Assembly (NCBI GenBank): GCA_973895155.1
Contig: OZ316899.1
Span: 372,001 to 436,000, forward strand
Length of the DNA stretch: 64,000 nucleotides
Source of the DNA: Marsupella aquatica
Lineage: Eukaryota; Plantae; Marchantiophyta
Direction of reading: 5' to 3'
The position numbers were made by a program, and so were the translations under genes. Positions 24,701 through 37,000 of this stretch are shown in pieces. Below the pieces are notes generated by a model. It was not told the DNA's origin. It made no database searches and worked only from the letters and a program-made list of their open reading frames with translations. How positions within the stretch are numbered: the first letter of the stretch is position 1; each line of letters opens with the position of its first letter.

Positions 24701-25300
24701 GGCATCATCATATATAATTGTGTGGGATTCTGGTGATGCTGGTGCTTTAACGTATTTTGCCAGATCTTTGTCAATTTCCAGATAATTGCCTTGTGGTACA
24801 TTGTTCGATTTATTTATGCTTTCTTGGTATAGTTTGGCCAGATGTGTGGGTATTTCGCACTCTTTCTTATATGTCCTTAGATCCACATCTATAGCATTTT
24901 GGAGTGTTAGGATTCATATCTGTTGGGGCCATAAACCTTTGCCATAAAAATGTCCACCCCTCCCCCTCAAGGTACCCCTTCCCCTAGGGCCTCTCTGATC
25001 AATATTGCTATTATATGCGGCTGGTGCATGAGTTTTTGTGGGAGGTGGGAGGGTTCCTGGTGGTCTTGATTTTGAATTTTCTAGGAGTAAAATTTGGTGC
25101 TTCTCTGCTATAAGCATTTGTGCTATGAGTTGTGAATATTGCATAAAATTCATATTTTGATATTGGGCCGATAAGACAAGGTTTGTTGCATGGAACGTTG
25201 ATAAGGTCCTTTCTATTTGCTCAGCATCATCGACCGGGTGTCCATATACGGCAAGTTGGGACACTATCCTAAACAATTTGCTATTATACTCTGCCACCAT
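21778..25300 (-). pseudogene. Copia gag-protease-integrase-RT of Bianca element 1, with frameshifts and internal deletions
   Basis: ORF fragments 24914-25300, 24428-24886, 24017-24280, 23479-23748, 22991-23272, 22700-22927 and 21734-22363 carry copia motifs in canonical order. Confidence 0.9.
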
Positions 25301-26212
25301 TTTATGGTCCTAAACTCTAAGGTTAATCTAGTCATGTCTCGCAGCAGGTAAGGAGACCAATCTCATATGATCAAATCATAGTTTTAACTCGTCCCATAGT
25401 TTTCTCGGATTGTATTCATTTAGGTACTGGATTTTAGGGATTTGGCTAGGTGATGTCGTATTAAGATTAATGCCTTGGCTTTTTCTTGTAATGTAGGGCC
25501 GTTATCTATGATGATGGTATCCGGAATAGTTTTGGCTGCAAGGTGGGCCTCCATATCCAGGCTTCACAAAAGATAGTTATGCCCATCGATGGCTAGTGCA
25601 TGAAAACTCAAATTTTTGAGTGTGTTCATAGTTATGCTTTCAACTATCTTTGCAGGATTTAGTCAGTTCCCCATCGGATAGATCATGCCTGATTGGAGGT
25701 TATCAGGATTTGAGTGTATATCTGTTTTGAGTCCTAGCACATTTGTGTAATTACGTAGGGTCTGTCCTATTCATTTGGATAATTTGGCGCTAAGCAAGCC
25801 TATGCTCGGTCAATCTGCTTGGTTAATCAGGGGTAATGTCACCCTATAAATTGATCTTGGCAAAATTTGACTTTAAGCAATAATATTTGTGGTCTATATG
25901 CAAACCCAACAAGTTTATAAGCTTGTATGCTTTATAAACTTGTCAATGTATATTGGAGATTAAGTGGAATTGAATGAATTTGCAAGATTGGTCAATAAAT
26001 CTTATATTCTTTGTGTGGGTTACTACTGATTTTGGGCAATTGTTCCTCCCGCCTCCAGATTTGTGATCCATTTAATAGGTCCAAATTTTGTCCAATCTCT
26101 TCAGATTTCAACTTTCTCTTCAAATTGCAAGTCCAGGCCACTCTCACACAAGAAGCTATCTGATCTGTGGATCGCTTAATGTAATGCTCAGCCATACATC
26201 GTGCTGATAACG

Positions 26213-26390
26213 TGTTATATTATAAGGATACCATAGCTAATATACTACAAGCTCCAACATATATTATTATTATCAATAGAGTTTGTACATCTCCTAGGTA
26301 AGATATAAGGGGTGAGAGGTAGGTGGTTATAACTACCTCTAAACCTATCTAACTAGGGTATCTTACTGGGTTTAGCTTTAACTCACAACA
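26213..26390 (-). repeat. 5' LTR of Bianca element 1 (178 bp)
   Basis: Its right ~54 bp match 16467-16520 almost exactly; it abuts the PBS. Confidence 0.9.
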
Positions 26391-29300
26391 TGGTTGAGTC
26401 AAGCATCTTTGAATTCTTTGACTCAACTTTCAACAAAGAGGAAAAACCAGAATGGGTGACTAATGTGGAGAAGTGGGGAGTCGTAGAACTTGACTACCTT
26501 AACACTTAGGTCTGGCGTCGCTGACTTCGACGCCGAGTTCCCTTATGGTCCAGGCCCGGATAGGCCATCCGGGGAGGACTTAGCATGGGGAGACTTGTGG
26601 GCAACGAGATGTGGCGCTAGCGAAGGCAAGGAGCCAAGCTGGTGACACACACACTAAGGACTTGGACTAGTTGAGAGCTTGTCAGGTTAAGGGGAAATGG
26701 GCCGGGCTCAAGGACGACCGTCCGGACCTTCGGATAGACTTTCAATTTTGAGGGCTTGAGTGTGAGCTCCTCTTGGGCCCAAGGCCAATGGAGTTGACGC
26801 CATGGGCAACGGATGCTTGGGGCGCAAGTTATGGCCCGATCTGGGTTGGGCCGATTGAGGGCCCCAAGCGGCGATGAGACCTGAGGGCCTAGGCATGAGC
26901 ACTGGGTCGGCCCGATCACAACGGGCTAAGGCACTCTGCTTGCGGATGCCTAACAAGAAAGTTATGGGCGTTGCCAGTTGGTGGCGCGCCCATTATGCGC
27001 GATAGGTTCCGGGTTGGGGGCCAAATGTTTAGGGACCAAAGCTGATCCGGGGGTGGCAGGTCTCCAGAATAATATATGAGGGGAGTGGTGTCTCCTTGGG
27101 GGCTAAGGGCGAGCCGAAGTCGTGAGCCGCGGCGGTTGCGACACTAAGGGAAACTGCCAAACAGAAACCACAATATCTTCCCAACGGGAAGTCCGTTGGA
27201 GGCAAGGCCAAGTACGTGTGGAGGTTGAGTTCCAAGAGTGTTCGGCCCCTAGACCATCAGTGAGGCAAATTGGGAGTTGGTTGCTAGAGTCGGGGCCATT
27301 CTGGTCCCGACGTGTTGGGACAAGCTTGGGACAAGCTTTAGGACAAGCTACGCTATTTGGGCCATGAGCATGTCCTGGGGTCAGGGCAGTCAGTTGGTGA
27401 TGGATAGGTACGAGGGGGAACCTGGGCCGCGCCCAAGGAAGGAGTTGTTCTGGACGAACAGTGGGCGTGGGTTCTGGTTCCGGCTTATGGCATCGGGAGG
27501 ACCTATCATTGACCTATTTACCAATGTCTGTTGAGCTCGAGTTAGGATGCTAGACTTGGCGAGTTCTAGATCCTGAAGGGTTACTTACCAAGGTGCTTGG
27601 TTGCCTGTGCAAACAGTGAGGACCGTTGAGTAGCGGTTGTGTTGGAGAGTAAGTGCGGCTTTGTATGGGAGGGGCCGCTAGTGGTGCAAGGGGCACTAGG
27701 GTGCTCGCTCGAGGTATTCCGTGGAGGCATTCAGGCACCATGGGCACTTAGGCGTGAGTGTTGGGATTGGTGAGGGCGCTGGGTGGCTAGGTCCACCACT
27801 TGGGGGAAGGATCTAGTTAAGTTGGGATATAAAGAAAAGGGCGCTATTTGGTGTGGAAAAGAAAGATGGTTTGGAGTTGACGCAGGCTTCATTTACCTTC
27901 CGACATGGTTCAAACCAACAATCCTTGACAAGAAAGTTCCAAAATGGAACATGCCAAATCAGTCCATGGCTAGTTGTTTTTTCAAATCCATGGACCCTTT
28001 TTTATCAGACAACGGGGTCCTCGCAATTTTGCACATCGGAGAGTACGATCCCATGTCTCAAGTCATTGCTGCCTTTCAGAGAATCAATGTTTGCTGGGAA
28101 TGCTTGTCTGGCTGTTGGTTTTATGCAATTTGTCATTGAGCTTGTCATCCGTCCTTTGTTGCAGGAGATTTTTTGGGACGCTTTGAACTTGGTATAGAAC
28201 ATAGGAAAGACTTTATTGAAACCGCTTCAAAGGTTTTCATTGATTTGTTGTCACCCAAAGAGATTCAGGGTTTACCTCCTCTTGTTCCTTTGAGCAACAA
28301 AAAGAAGCAAGATAAGCTTCAATGGATTCTCAATTTTGATTCTGATGATGAGTCCAGCAATGGTGGAGAGCAACAAGCTACGGGGCACTCAGGGGAGGAA
28401 AAGGGAGAGGCTGGTGTATCTCCTGACAGAAGTGATAGTGATGACTCTTTTGAATAATTTTTGTAAACTCATAAGCTTCTTTCTCCATTCCCGTCCATTT
28501 TTACCAATGTTGTTTGGTTGTGGAAACAAGTACCTGAAGTGCTGCCATTTCCTTTCATCAGGTCAAAATGGAATGCTAGGAGATGTTTCAAGCTCCAAAT
28601 AGCACGACATGACATAGCAACACCAAAAAAACCTTTTGTGTTGCCCTCCTATGCAGAGAAAGCCAGAAGAAAAGTTGAGAGTACTAGGACACTTTGTTGG
28701 GAAAACAAAGGTCTTAGGTTATGAAGGGGCGTTGGTAGGAAGTTCATTAAAAATCCTTATGTAGATGACATTTCTTGGAGCCAGTACGTAGATGATGAAG
28801 CTATCTCCACAGACAGGTCACAAAGTACAGATTCAAAATCAGAATCTTATGAATCATGAATAGGTATTTAGGAAGTGATGGAGGATTTCTCTAACAAGCG
28901 CCAGACGCTAGTACAAAATTGTATTCAATTCCTTTGTTGAGGTTCCCTATAAATTCAAAAGTTTTGTTGTGTTTTTTACTAGCACCTGGCGCTCACCAAA
29001 TGACGGTTCACTGCATGAAGATGTCCTTGTTTGATTGGATTGGTTTTTCACATTTGTCCGTTCAATTTTTATTGTGTCTTGGCAACGGTCACTATGATGA
29101 GACAAAATGCATGTCGTCGGACATACAAGATACATTTCAGAACCCAACATCTATCTGATATGTGTCAGTTAGGGTGCCCAAGGAAATTATTTTTTCCTTA
29201 TTGACCCACGCAAGCATTCTAAGTGCTTGTATATACCCCGACCTTTGGCGGATGAGTACCCTTAGTTGACTGTGTGCGCATTTGGCAAGAGTGGACATTA

Positions 29301-29830
29301 AAACTCTTGGTGGCTATCATTCAACACGGAGAGGAAAAACAATATATGACTTGGTTGGGTGGGAGGCAGTGTTTGTCGCTTCTAGAGTTTGTCATGAGGA
29401 GAGTCATTTCAGCTCTTTTGAGTTGAAGATTGAGTCCAAGGATACTGAAACCTCCACTTTTGGAATTGTCATGCCTTTACTAGATGATGAGGCTATTAAT
29501 CCTGGAGAGAAGAACTTGCTGTGTGCTGCCGAGTCTCCTCCGCTGCCGTTTGCTAGGAGGTTTTCATCTCATCAGGCTGCACCTATCAATAGTATGCTCC
29601 CAATTGAACGGAGAGTTCAAGAAATGTTTGGATGAGTGGACTTTGAGGACAGTAACATCCCCAATGACAGTTTCAAGAGGGCAGTGCATTGGGGACCTTC
29701 TCAGAGATACATTCAATTGCAAGGTGCTGGATCCAAAAAAGATTGGAAGAGGGAATCGGCTGGAGTGGACGATGAATGCAACTTGCAAAGCTAGAGACGC
29801 TCTTAATATGTTTAGTCCATATAGTTTTTG
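26391..29830 (+). pseudogene. Degenerate protein-coding remnant of unknown function, interrupted by copy B
   Basis: The frame runs across the copy B insertion (...EWVTNVEKWG|KDLVKLGYKEKG...) into ORFs 27783-28139, 28173-28457 and 29282-29635; multiple stops. Confidence 0.4.
26479..27800 (-). mobile_element. AGT...ACT repeat element, copy B (1322 bp, ~150 bp internal deletion)
   Basis: Reverse-complement match to copy A; TSD TGGGG at 26474-26478 and 27801-27805. Confidence 0.92.
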
Positions 29831-32241
29831 ATAGCAAACTATGTAAGATCATTTGGATCAGGGATAACTTTAAGCTAGCGCCAAGCGCTGCTAATGTTTA
29901 ACCAAACATTTTTGGGCCAGAGCCGAGCGCGGCTTATGTTTATGGGACTTCAAAGCCGATTGTTTGTTGGTTTTAACCGCATTTTTAGGACCAGCGCGAA
30001 GCGCGTTTTTTACTTTACCTTTATATATTACATTTTATTTACCTCCTGTGCATATTGGCAGATTTTTCTTGCGGGTCGTGTTTGTTTTAATTTCTCAATA
30101 ATTTGGGTTGTTTTCAAACAACAGTTTTCCATTTTGTTCAATATGATTCCAGGGCATGTGGACGGGGTTAGTCATCTGAGTATCTATATGATTAGTGCCA
30201 AACACTTGTTTAGTCCTGGTTTTTTAATACCACAATTCATTGTTAGCAGAAATTGTTTTCCGGTAACTATAATTGTTTGCTATTACTGTTACCTATTTGC
30301 TGTCATTTGTAAATTCCCTCCTCATACATCTCTACTAGCTGTTGAGCATAGTTGAGTAGTGTTTGCCAAAAATGCCTTGCCAGATTGACCTTGGCCATCA
30401 ATACTTAGACAAACAGATTACAGTGCTAAAAACCTAAACCTTGCAGTTGACAGTCCTGAGAGTTCCACCCGATAAACTGTAATATTCTAGGATGTGAAGA
30501 GAGGAATAAACAATGACTTTCTGATCTTCCCTCCTTACCCCATGCCATAGATGGGAGTGTAGTACATACGGTCATTGGAATACTGGTGTTGAGTGATACC
30601 GTATACCCCTAAGTAGCCACCAATTAATCAACATGTGCAAGCTCCTAACTCTAAGCCTAATTCTATACTAGTTTCTACACTATTTGCTTTAAAAAATCAT
30701 AACCTATGCTAATAATATACACAAAGCTGGGTGTTTGCCCACATTTTTTTTATACAGTGATCCCGATAAGGGTATCACAATGACTCTATGGTAGAGGTTG
30801 CCGTTGCATCTGAACGTTCCACCACAAAATCCATATGCTCCACTATAGGAGCAATGACATCTAGTGGTGAACCTTGCCACCCAGCGCCCTCACCAATCCC
30901 AACACCCATGTCTAAGTGCCCTTGGTGCCCGAACACCTCCACGGAATACCTTGAGCAAGCAACCCAGTGCCCCTTGCACCACCAGCGGCCCCTCCCATAC
31001 AAAGCCGCACTTTCTCTCTCACTGCCGCTACTCAACGGTCCTCATTGTCTGCACAAGCAACCAAGTGTCTCGGTAAGTAACCCTTTAGGATCTAGATCTC
31101 TCCAAGTCTAGCATCCTAACTCAAGCTCAACAGACATTGGTAAGTAGGTCAGCGATAGGTCCTCCCGATGCCATACGCCGGAACCAGAACCCACGCCCAC
31201 TATTCGTCCAGAACAACTCCTTTCTTGGGCGCGGCCCGGGTTCCCCCTCGTACCTATCCATCACCAACTAACCGCCCTGACCCCAGGACATGCTTGTGGC
31301 CCAAATAGTGTAGCTTGTCCTAAAGCTTGTCCCAACACGTTGGGACCAGAATGGCCCCGACTCTAGCAACCAACTCCCAATTCTGGCCCCACTGATAGTC
31401 TAGGGCCAAGCACCCTTGGAACTCAACCTCCACGCCTACTTGGCCTTGCCTCCCCAATGCAAGCACCCTTGGAAGATTGAACGCAGCTTGGCTGCTATTT
31501 CGGCAGGATTTGGCAAGCGAGCGAGCTAACACCTACAAACCTCAAGAACCCTTGGCACCCCCAGACCCAAATAAGCTTAGGAGAACATAGCCCTCCTTGA
31601 GATCTTTCCAATGCACCCAAGAAGTCCTCCAACAGACTTCCCATTGGGAAATATCGGCGTTTCCATTTGGCGCTTTCCTTTAGTGTTGCGACCGTTGTGG
31701 CTCACGACTTCGGCTTGCCCTTAGCCCCCAGGGAGACACCACTCCCCTCATATATGGTTTTGGAGACTGTTAACCACCAAAGTTGACTAGTTGCCAGCTC
31801 CTGGAGTTAACCATCCTCCGGAACTCCTAACTCCTCCACTATCCTTCTGTGTATCAATTAAACATCATACGGCTTCAATTGATCAAATTTCTCATTCACT
31901 TTTCATCTACTATTCAACCTTTTTGACAAACAATTAGTGATGACCTGTACGATTACTCGAGACAATGATCTAACTATTCTTAGTTTGATCCTCCGCCTGT
32001 TACTTGAATTGAATGTCAATTTCCCTTTTTCCCTCCAGTTAATGTTTCTTCAAAGAGGAATTCCAAACCCATTGTAGAAAGTTCCTCAGACACTGACTCT
32101 TCTTCTTCTTCTCCAATAATTCTCACCCAACTCTCAATCATGGCTTTACAATCATTCGGGGCATTTTGTAGCCCAAATGGGATGTGTTCCAATTTAAACG
32201 ACCAATTAAAGGTAGCTAATTCCATGTTACCTACTCCGGGT

Positions 32242-32570
32242 TGTCACACCATTCTGAGTAGTGTAGTAGTATATCGTGCTATTAGAGTATGTACGGTTGG
32301 TATGAGTGCTATTGGAGCCGATAAGGTTCTGTCAGGTTTGTGTGAGAGGGTACTTCTCACTTGTGAGGCATTGAAAGGTCATCTTTCAATGTTGAGCCTT
32401 GGAGAGAGAGGAGCTTGAGTGTGGCTATGGTGGCTGTGAGCTCCGCTTGTGTAACGTGGATTCCTTGAGTAGTGCAAGGTGCGTTGCCTTGACATACGTG
32501 TGTGATCGGATCAGTGCGGGATCGATGGGGTATTGTTGACCGAGATCGTTGTGCCGATTGGATGGAGATT
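32242..32570 (+). repeat. Split direct repeat A1 (matches A2 at 41340-41676)
   Basis: Near-identical to 41340-41676: about 3 substitutions and an 8-bp indel seen by eye. Confidence 0.95.
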
Positions 32571-32842
32571 ACATTGAAAGATCACATTCGAAATCTGTTG
32601 TACGGACTGTGCGGACAGAAGTTTGATTGATTGAGTTGTCGACGGTTCGTGGTAGCTCGGATTGTGTGCTGTTATCGAACAGATCGTTGGTATCTTGACC
32701 TGTATCGTTGTTGTCCGATCGGCCTGCTTCCCGATCGATGTACAGATCTGTGATTGGTGACAGGTTTTGAGTTGGAGGTCGATCGATGATTCGTGGAGGA
32801 AAGCGAATGTTGAGTAGATGTTGGACAGTGGAAGTCAATCTG

Positions 32843-33360
32843 TGAGGCTTCAGATCCGATTGTCGACTACTATGAGGCTTCAGATCTGATTGTCGGCTAC
32901 TGTGGGGCTTCAGATCTGATTGCCGGCTATTGTTGGACGATGTTGGCAAGGCACAGGTGAAGCGACGGCTCTTTTCCTGAAGGAACGGAGCTGCCAATGC
33001 CCCGTGCGACGGTATCATCGTTTCAGTGAAAGAAACGAGGGTCAAAGGTGTTGAATCAAGCTGCTGCCAGTTCTGTGGAAGGGCTGCGTTTTTCATGAAG
33101 GAAATCGACAGTTTTCGGGAGCTTTTCGTGAAGGAATTAGTCATTTTTGGGGTCAGGTGTGAGGCGCACGAGGTCACCCATCCCGGAAGTGCTCGCGCGA
33201 GGCGACGCGTGAGGTCACCCATCCCGAAAGTGCTCCCAACCGCAAGCGCGAAGTCACCCATCGCGAGCGCAGGCAGACGCGAGGTCGGGGCTATTCCGGG
33301 CCGTGAGCGCGAGGAGAGGCACAAGGTCGAGCGCGAGGAGGTCACCCATCCCGGGGCTAT
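32843..33360 (+). repeat. Tandem repeats in the 5' leader (30-bp unit x3; GTCACCCATC motif x4)
   Basis: GGCTTCAGATC(C/T)GATTG(T/C)CG(A/G)CTA x3 at ~32843-32930; (GAG/GAA)GTCACCCATC at ~33171, 33211, 33250 and 33338. Confidence 0.85.
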
Positions 33361-34087
33361 TCCCAGCCGCGAGCACTTAACTGGCAAGTTCTCATCCCAC
33401 CTTGTGTACACACAAGCTTTGACAACTTGTTGTTTAGATTCAAGCGCCAGGGGGCTTTATACACTTCCCAATTTGTTTAGAGGCCTATTCTAGGCCAAAT
33501 CAGATGCTGTTTAAGGGTTTTTGATACTTCTGAGTCCATCTAGACTCACAGATTGAACCAATTTTGCCTTGGTTCTCATCTACAACATTGGAGTGCCATT
33601 GTGAAGCCTATTATGAAGGCTCTTCCTTGAACCTTATGCACATTGTCATATTGATTTGCATTTGCTTTTGTGTGGAGAGTTGAATGGTATCCATTCTTGT
33701 TTCTGGATCCTCTTCACACATGTTTCCTGTTTATGCGCCATGTTAGTTTCATGTGGGCGCTTGATTCCATAGGAGTGATCCGGGTTTGCAACTAGACATT
33801 CTAGTGTGCTGTGTATTTCTCTCTTGGTGATGTTGGAGTGATGCCCAACACACCATGGTGAGTGCTTGTGGTGCTGACAGGGATAGATTGCCCTTAGGGT
33901 TAGCACATAGATTAGGTTAGGGTTGGTCACCACGGATTCTTCTGGTGCTGCTGGATTACCCGATGGACGACGGACCGGTTTCACTCGGAGTGGGGCACAG
34001 TTTCGGCCAGCGGCATTGGTAGCAGTGCAGCTTCAGACAGTGATTCTGATGAGGACTCAGTGACCAGTTCTCCTCATCATCAGGTGG

Positions 34088-37000
34088 TTGCACCTTTGTT
34101 GTGGGATATGGACGAGATGTACGGGGCTACAAAGGGGCCCACGACGATACTTTGGTGCAGTTGGCACAATTGATCTGGATGACTTCATCCAGGAGTTTGA
34201 TACGTGGTGCGATATGCAGACATTGCGTAAGGTCACGTTGTTTACCCCTTTCATGGCATGGAAGGGATTATTCCAGCATTTGGAGGGGCCACCCATGGAT
34301 GACTACCATGAGTTTCGGAAGGCTCATTTGGTTGAGATTGAGGCATGGAGGCAGCATTGGTCGCCTAATTACGTGTCCATCACCTATGGCACTAGTGCGG
34401 CTGCCCAACCCATTGCCACAGCTGTTGCTTCTTCTAGCAGCACTAGCCAGAGTGGCACACCATCCACCACCAGCACTCCAGCAGCATCCACCACTACTCT
34501 TACCGGTGTGATTGTGACAGGAACTGGAGTTGCGCCAACATTTAATCTTGTGGTGGAATTCTTTGAGGTACTGAAGCAGAACTATCAGGGTGTGAGAACT
34601 GATAAGTTGAAGGGTCTTCAAGAGTTCCAACGCAAGACTGGAGAGAGCCTACGTGAGGCATACACACGTATGCGCAGATTGATCACTGTCACCAAGGGAG
34701 TGACAGAGGCTCAGGCAGTCCAGTTTTGGTATGCAATTCTGGATAGAGAATTGCGACGCAGAGTGAGAGATGTCACTCTGCTTAGGGATGCAGATCCCAC
34801 ATTAGCAGTTGTTTTCACCCTTTCTAAGCGCATTGAGCTCAATATGGTGAATGAGAAGGTGGTGACTTCCGGATTTGCCAAGGAAGCACCAAAGGCTGCA
34901 TCTACATCCACTCCACAGCCTACTGCACAGAAGAGCCAGAGGGAGAAGCCTACTGCACGAGAGTCTACCAGCCAGAGACCTGTGCCCTCTTATGCTGGAC
35001 AGCAGTCAGGATGTTGGACCTGTGGTGGGGATCATGCACAGAGATATTGTCCAGATCATAGAGGATCAGGGGGAGCATCAGCGCCTGATCAGCGATAGTG
35101 TGATCATTGTGGAGCTCCTGGACACACCAAGGATAGGTGTTTCTCACTCCACCCTGAGTTACGGAGAGGAGGATCCCGTACACATGATCAGGGAAGAGGA
35201 GGTAGAGGTGGTGGACGTGATCGTGGCATGCCACATGCAGGGAGACAGGGAGGTGACGCTGCCCCTGCTATAACCATAGATCCAAAGGATGCTAAGATTG
35301 CTCAATTGGAGCAACAACTAGCTGCCATAGCTAGTTCCCAGGTGAGACCTAATTCTGGTGATGGGGCATCTACATCCTATGGACCTTCCACATCCCATGG
35401 TCCTTCCACATCTTATGGAGCTGATGGAGACCTTGCCACCATGGGATTCATGTGTGGCACTGCACATATTGATGCATCAGCAGCTTTGACACGTGGGGCA
35501 GCCAAAGCTCTTGAGCCTCGAGGAGCAGTAGTGGAGTTAGATCCACAAAGGGGGGATGCACGTCGGCAGACAAAGCTTCCTCAGTCTTTTACATTGTCAG
35601 AGACAGTTCAGACTGCCTCTATGAACCCGGTTCGGACAAACCCTGATGTGGGTAAGTTGGCAGAATCAGGTAGTGATGCAGCAGGGATGACATGTACCTT
35701 GCTGGGGGCGGCTACTGCCATAGTACGCACCCCATTATTTTCAGCGACAGACATGCTGAACTTGGGAGTTGGTCCTACAGAAGTGTTCAGATTGGCAGCT
35801 ACACTCTGTGAGGACACTCCAGTGGTTGCTTCCCATGCAGAAGCAACTTGCAGTGTTGATGCAGTGAAGACCATGCCACCTACTACTACTAGTGAGACAT
35901 GGCATGCAGCAGCAGCGAGGTTGGTGGATTTACCAGCACGCCCTGCATTTGAGAGGACTAGGTTTAAACCTAGTGTTGTGTCATTGGATAATCGGAGTGG
36001 TATCTTCCGATTAGTTGGGCCTTCTGGAGCAGTATACCAGCCAGAGAGAGTGTTACTGGATATTGGTGCTCAGCCCTTGATGTTGGGGAAGTCTGCCATA
36101 CGTGGATTGGGATTGCATCCAGAGGATTTGGAGGATTGTCCCTTTCCCATTCAGACTTCATTGGGGGGACCTACACCTACACAGCATATCACCAGGAGAC
36201 CACTTGATTTGAGGATTCAGGAAGGTCATACCACAGATAGCTCACAGATACAGGCGCGAGCTATTCTGACTAAGGCAGAGTCATATGATGTGTTGGTGGG
36301 ATGTACAGTGCTCTACCCCATGGGATTTATTCTTGATTTTTGGGAGGAATCAATGTCATATAGACCTGATTGGCAGTCAGGAGATGCTCGATTGAGCAAA
36401 TTGCCAGTGAGATTTAGTGGACCTGTGGAAGGCCCTAAATCCACACCATTGTCTTTGGCAACATTCAGTGGTGTAATTGCTAGACTTGATGATTTGATTG
36501 AGGGTAATGCGCATGCAGCCGATGTTCCACCATTGGAGGAGTCTCATGAGGAGCACATCATGCGAGGATTACCTGTTGGCAGTGTTGTGCCACCAGTGTG
36601 GGGCACTGCACAGGCCTTGCCACAGGCAGCAGCACGATTGGTACATGATGCATGGCGTCATGCTTTTACACCACAGTCAGGAGCAGAGCAGTCTCTTGCA
36701 GATGGACCTGTGACTCTTTCACCATTGGATACCACTCCTATTGCTTGGCAGTATCCACCGGAGGGTATTTGTTTGTTGGATCTTTTTGGTGGGATTAGCA
36801 CTGGATTGGCTGCTGTTCTTCAGGCAGGAATTCCTGTGCGTCGTTATTTGTATGTGGAGACAGATGAGACAACACGGAGGGTCTCATTGCGACATGTGGC
36901 TATGTTGGTGGATAGATATCCACAGTTGCTGCCAGTGGATGCTGTTCGTGGTTATCAGCATGCACTACCTGCTGATATTTCATTGTTGGGGGCGGATCAT

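Larger units (their letters stand above)
16467..26390 (-). mobile_element. Ty1/copia, Bianca-type, degenerate (element 1)
   Basis: 5' LTR 26213-26390 (TGT...ACA) and PBS CGTTATCAGCACGATG next to it. Gag ~24914-25600; protease CIVDSGTSHSIL; integrase ~23300-24150; RT YVDD; RNase H GYADAGYLSDP...ATSSNHTEIIAL. PPT at 16521-16528 and a matching truncated 3' LTR at 16467-16520. Confidence 0.92.

Noticed and set aside
29484-29831. RGQCIGDLL as a SAM-binding-like motif
   Set aside because: It lies in a different frame from the more natural-looking one continuing ORF 29282; probably a shadow.
33026-33493. 155-aa plus-strand ORF in the DNMT-element leader
   Set aside because: GTG start, built from the tandem repeats, no domain; not called as a gene.
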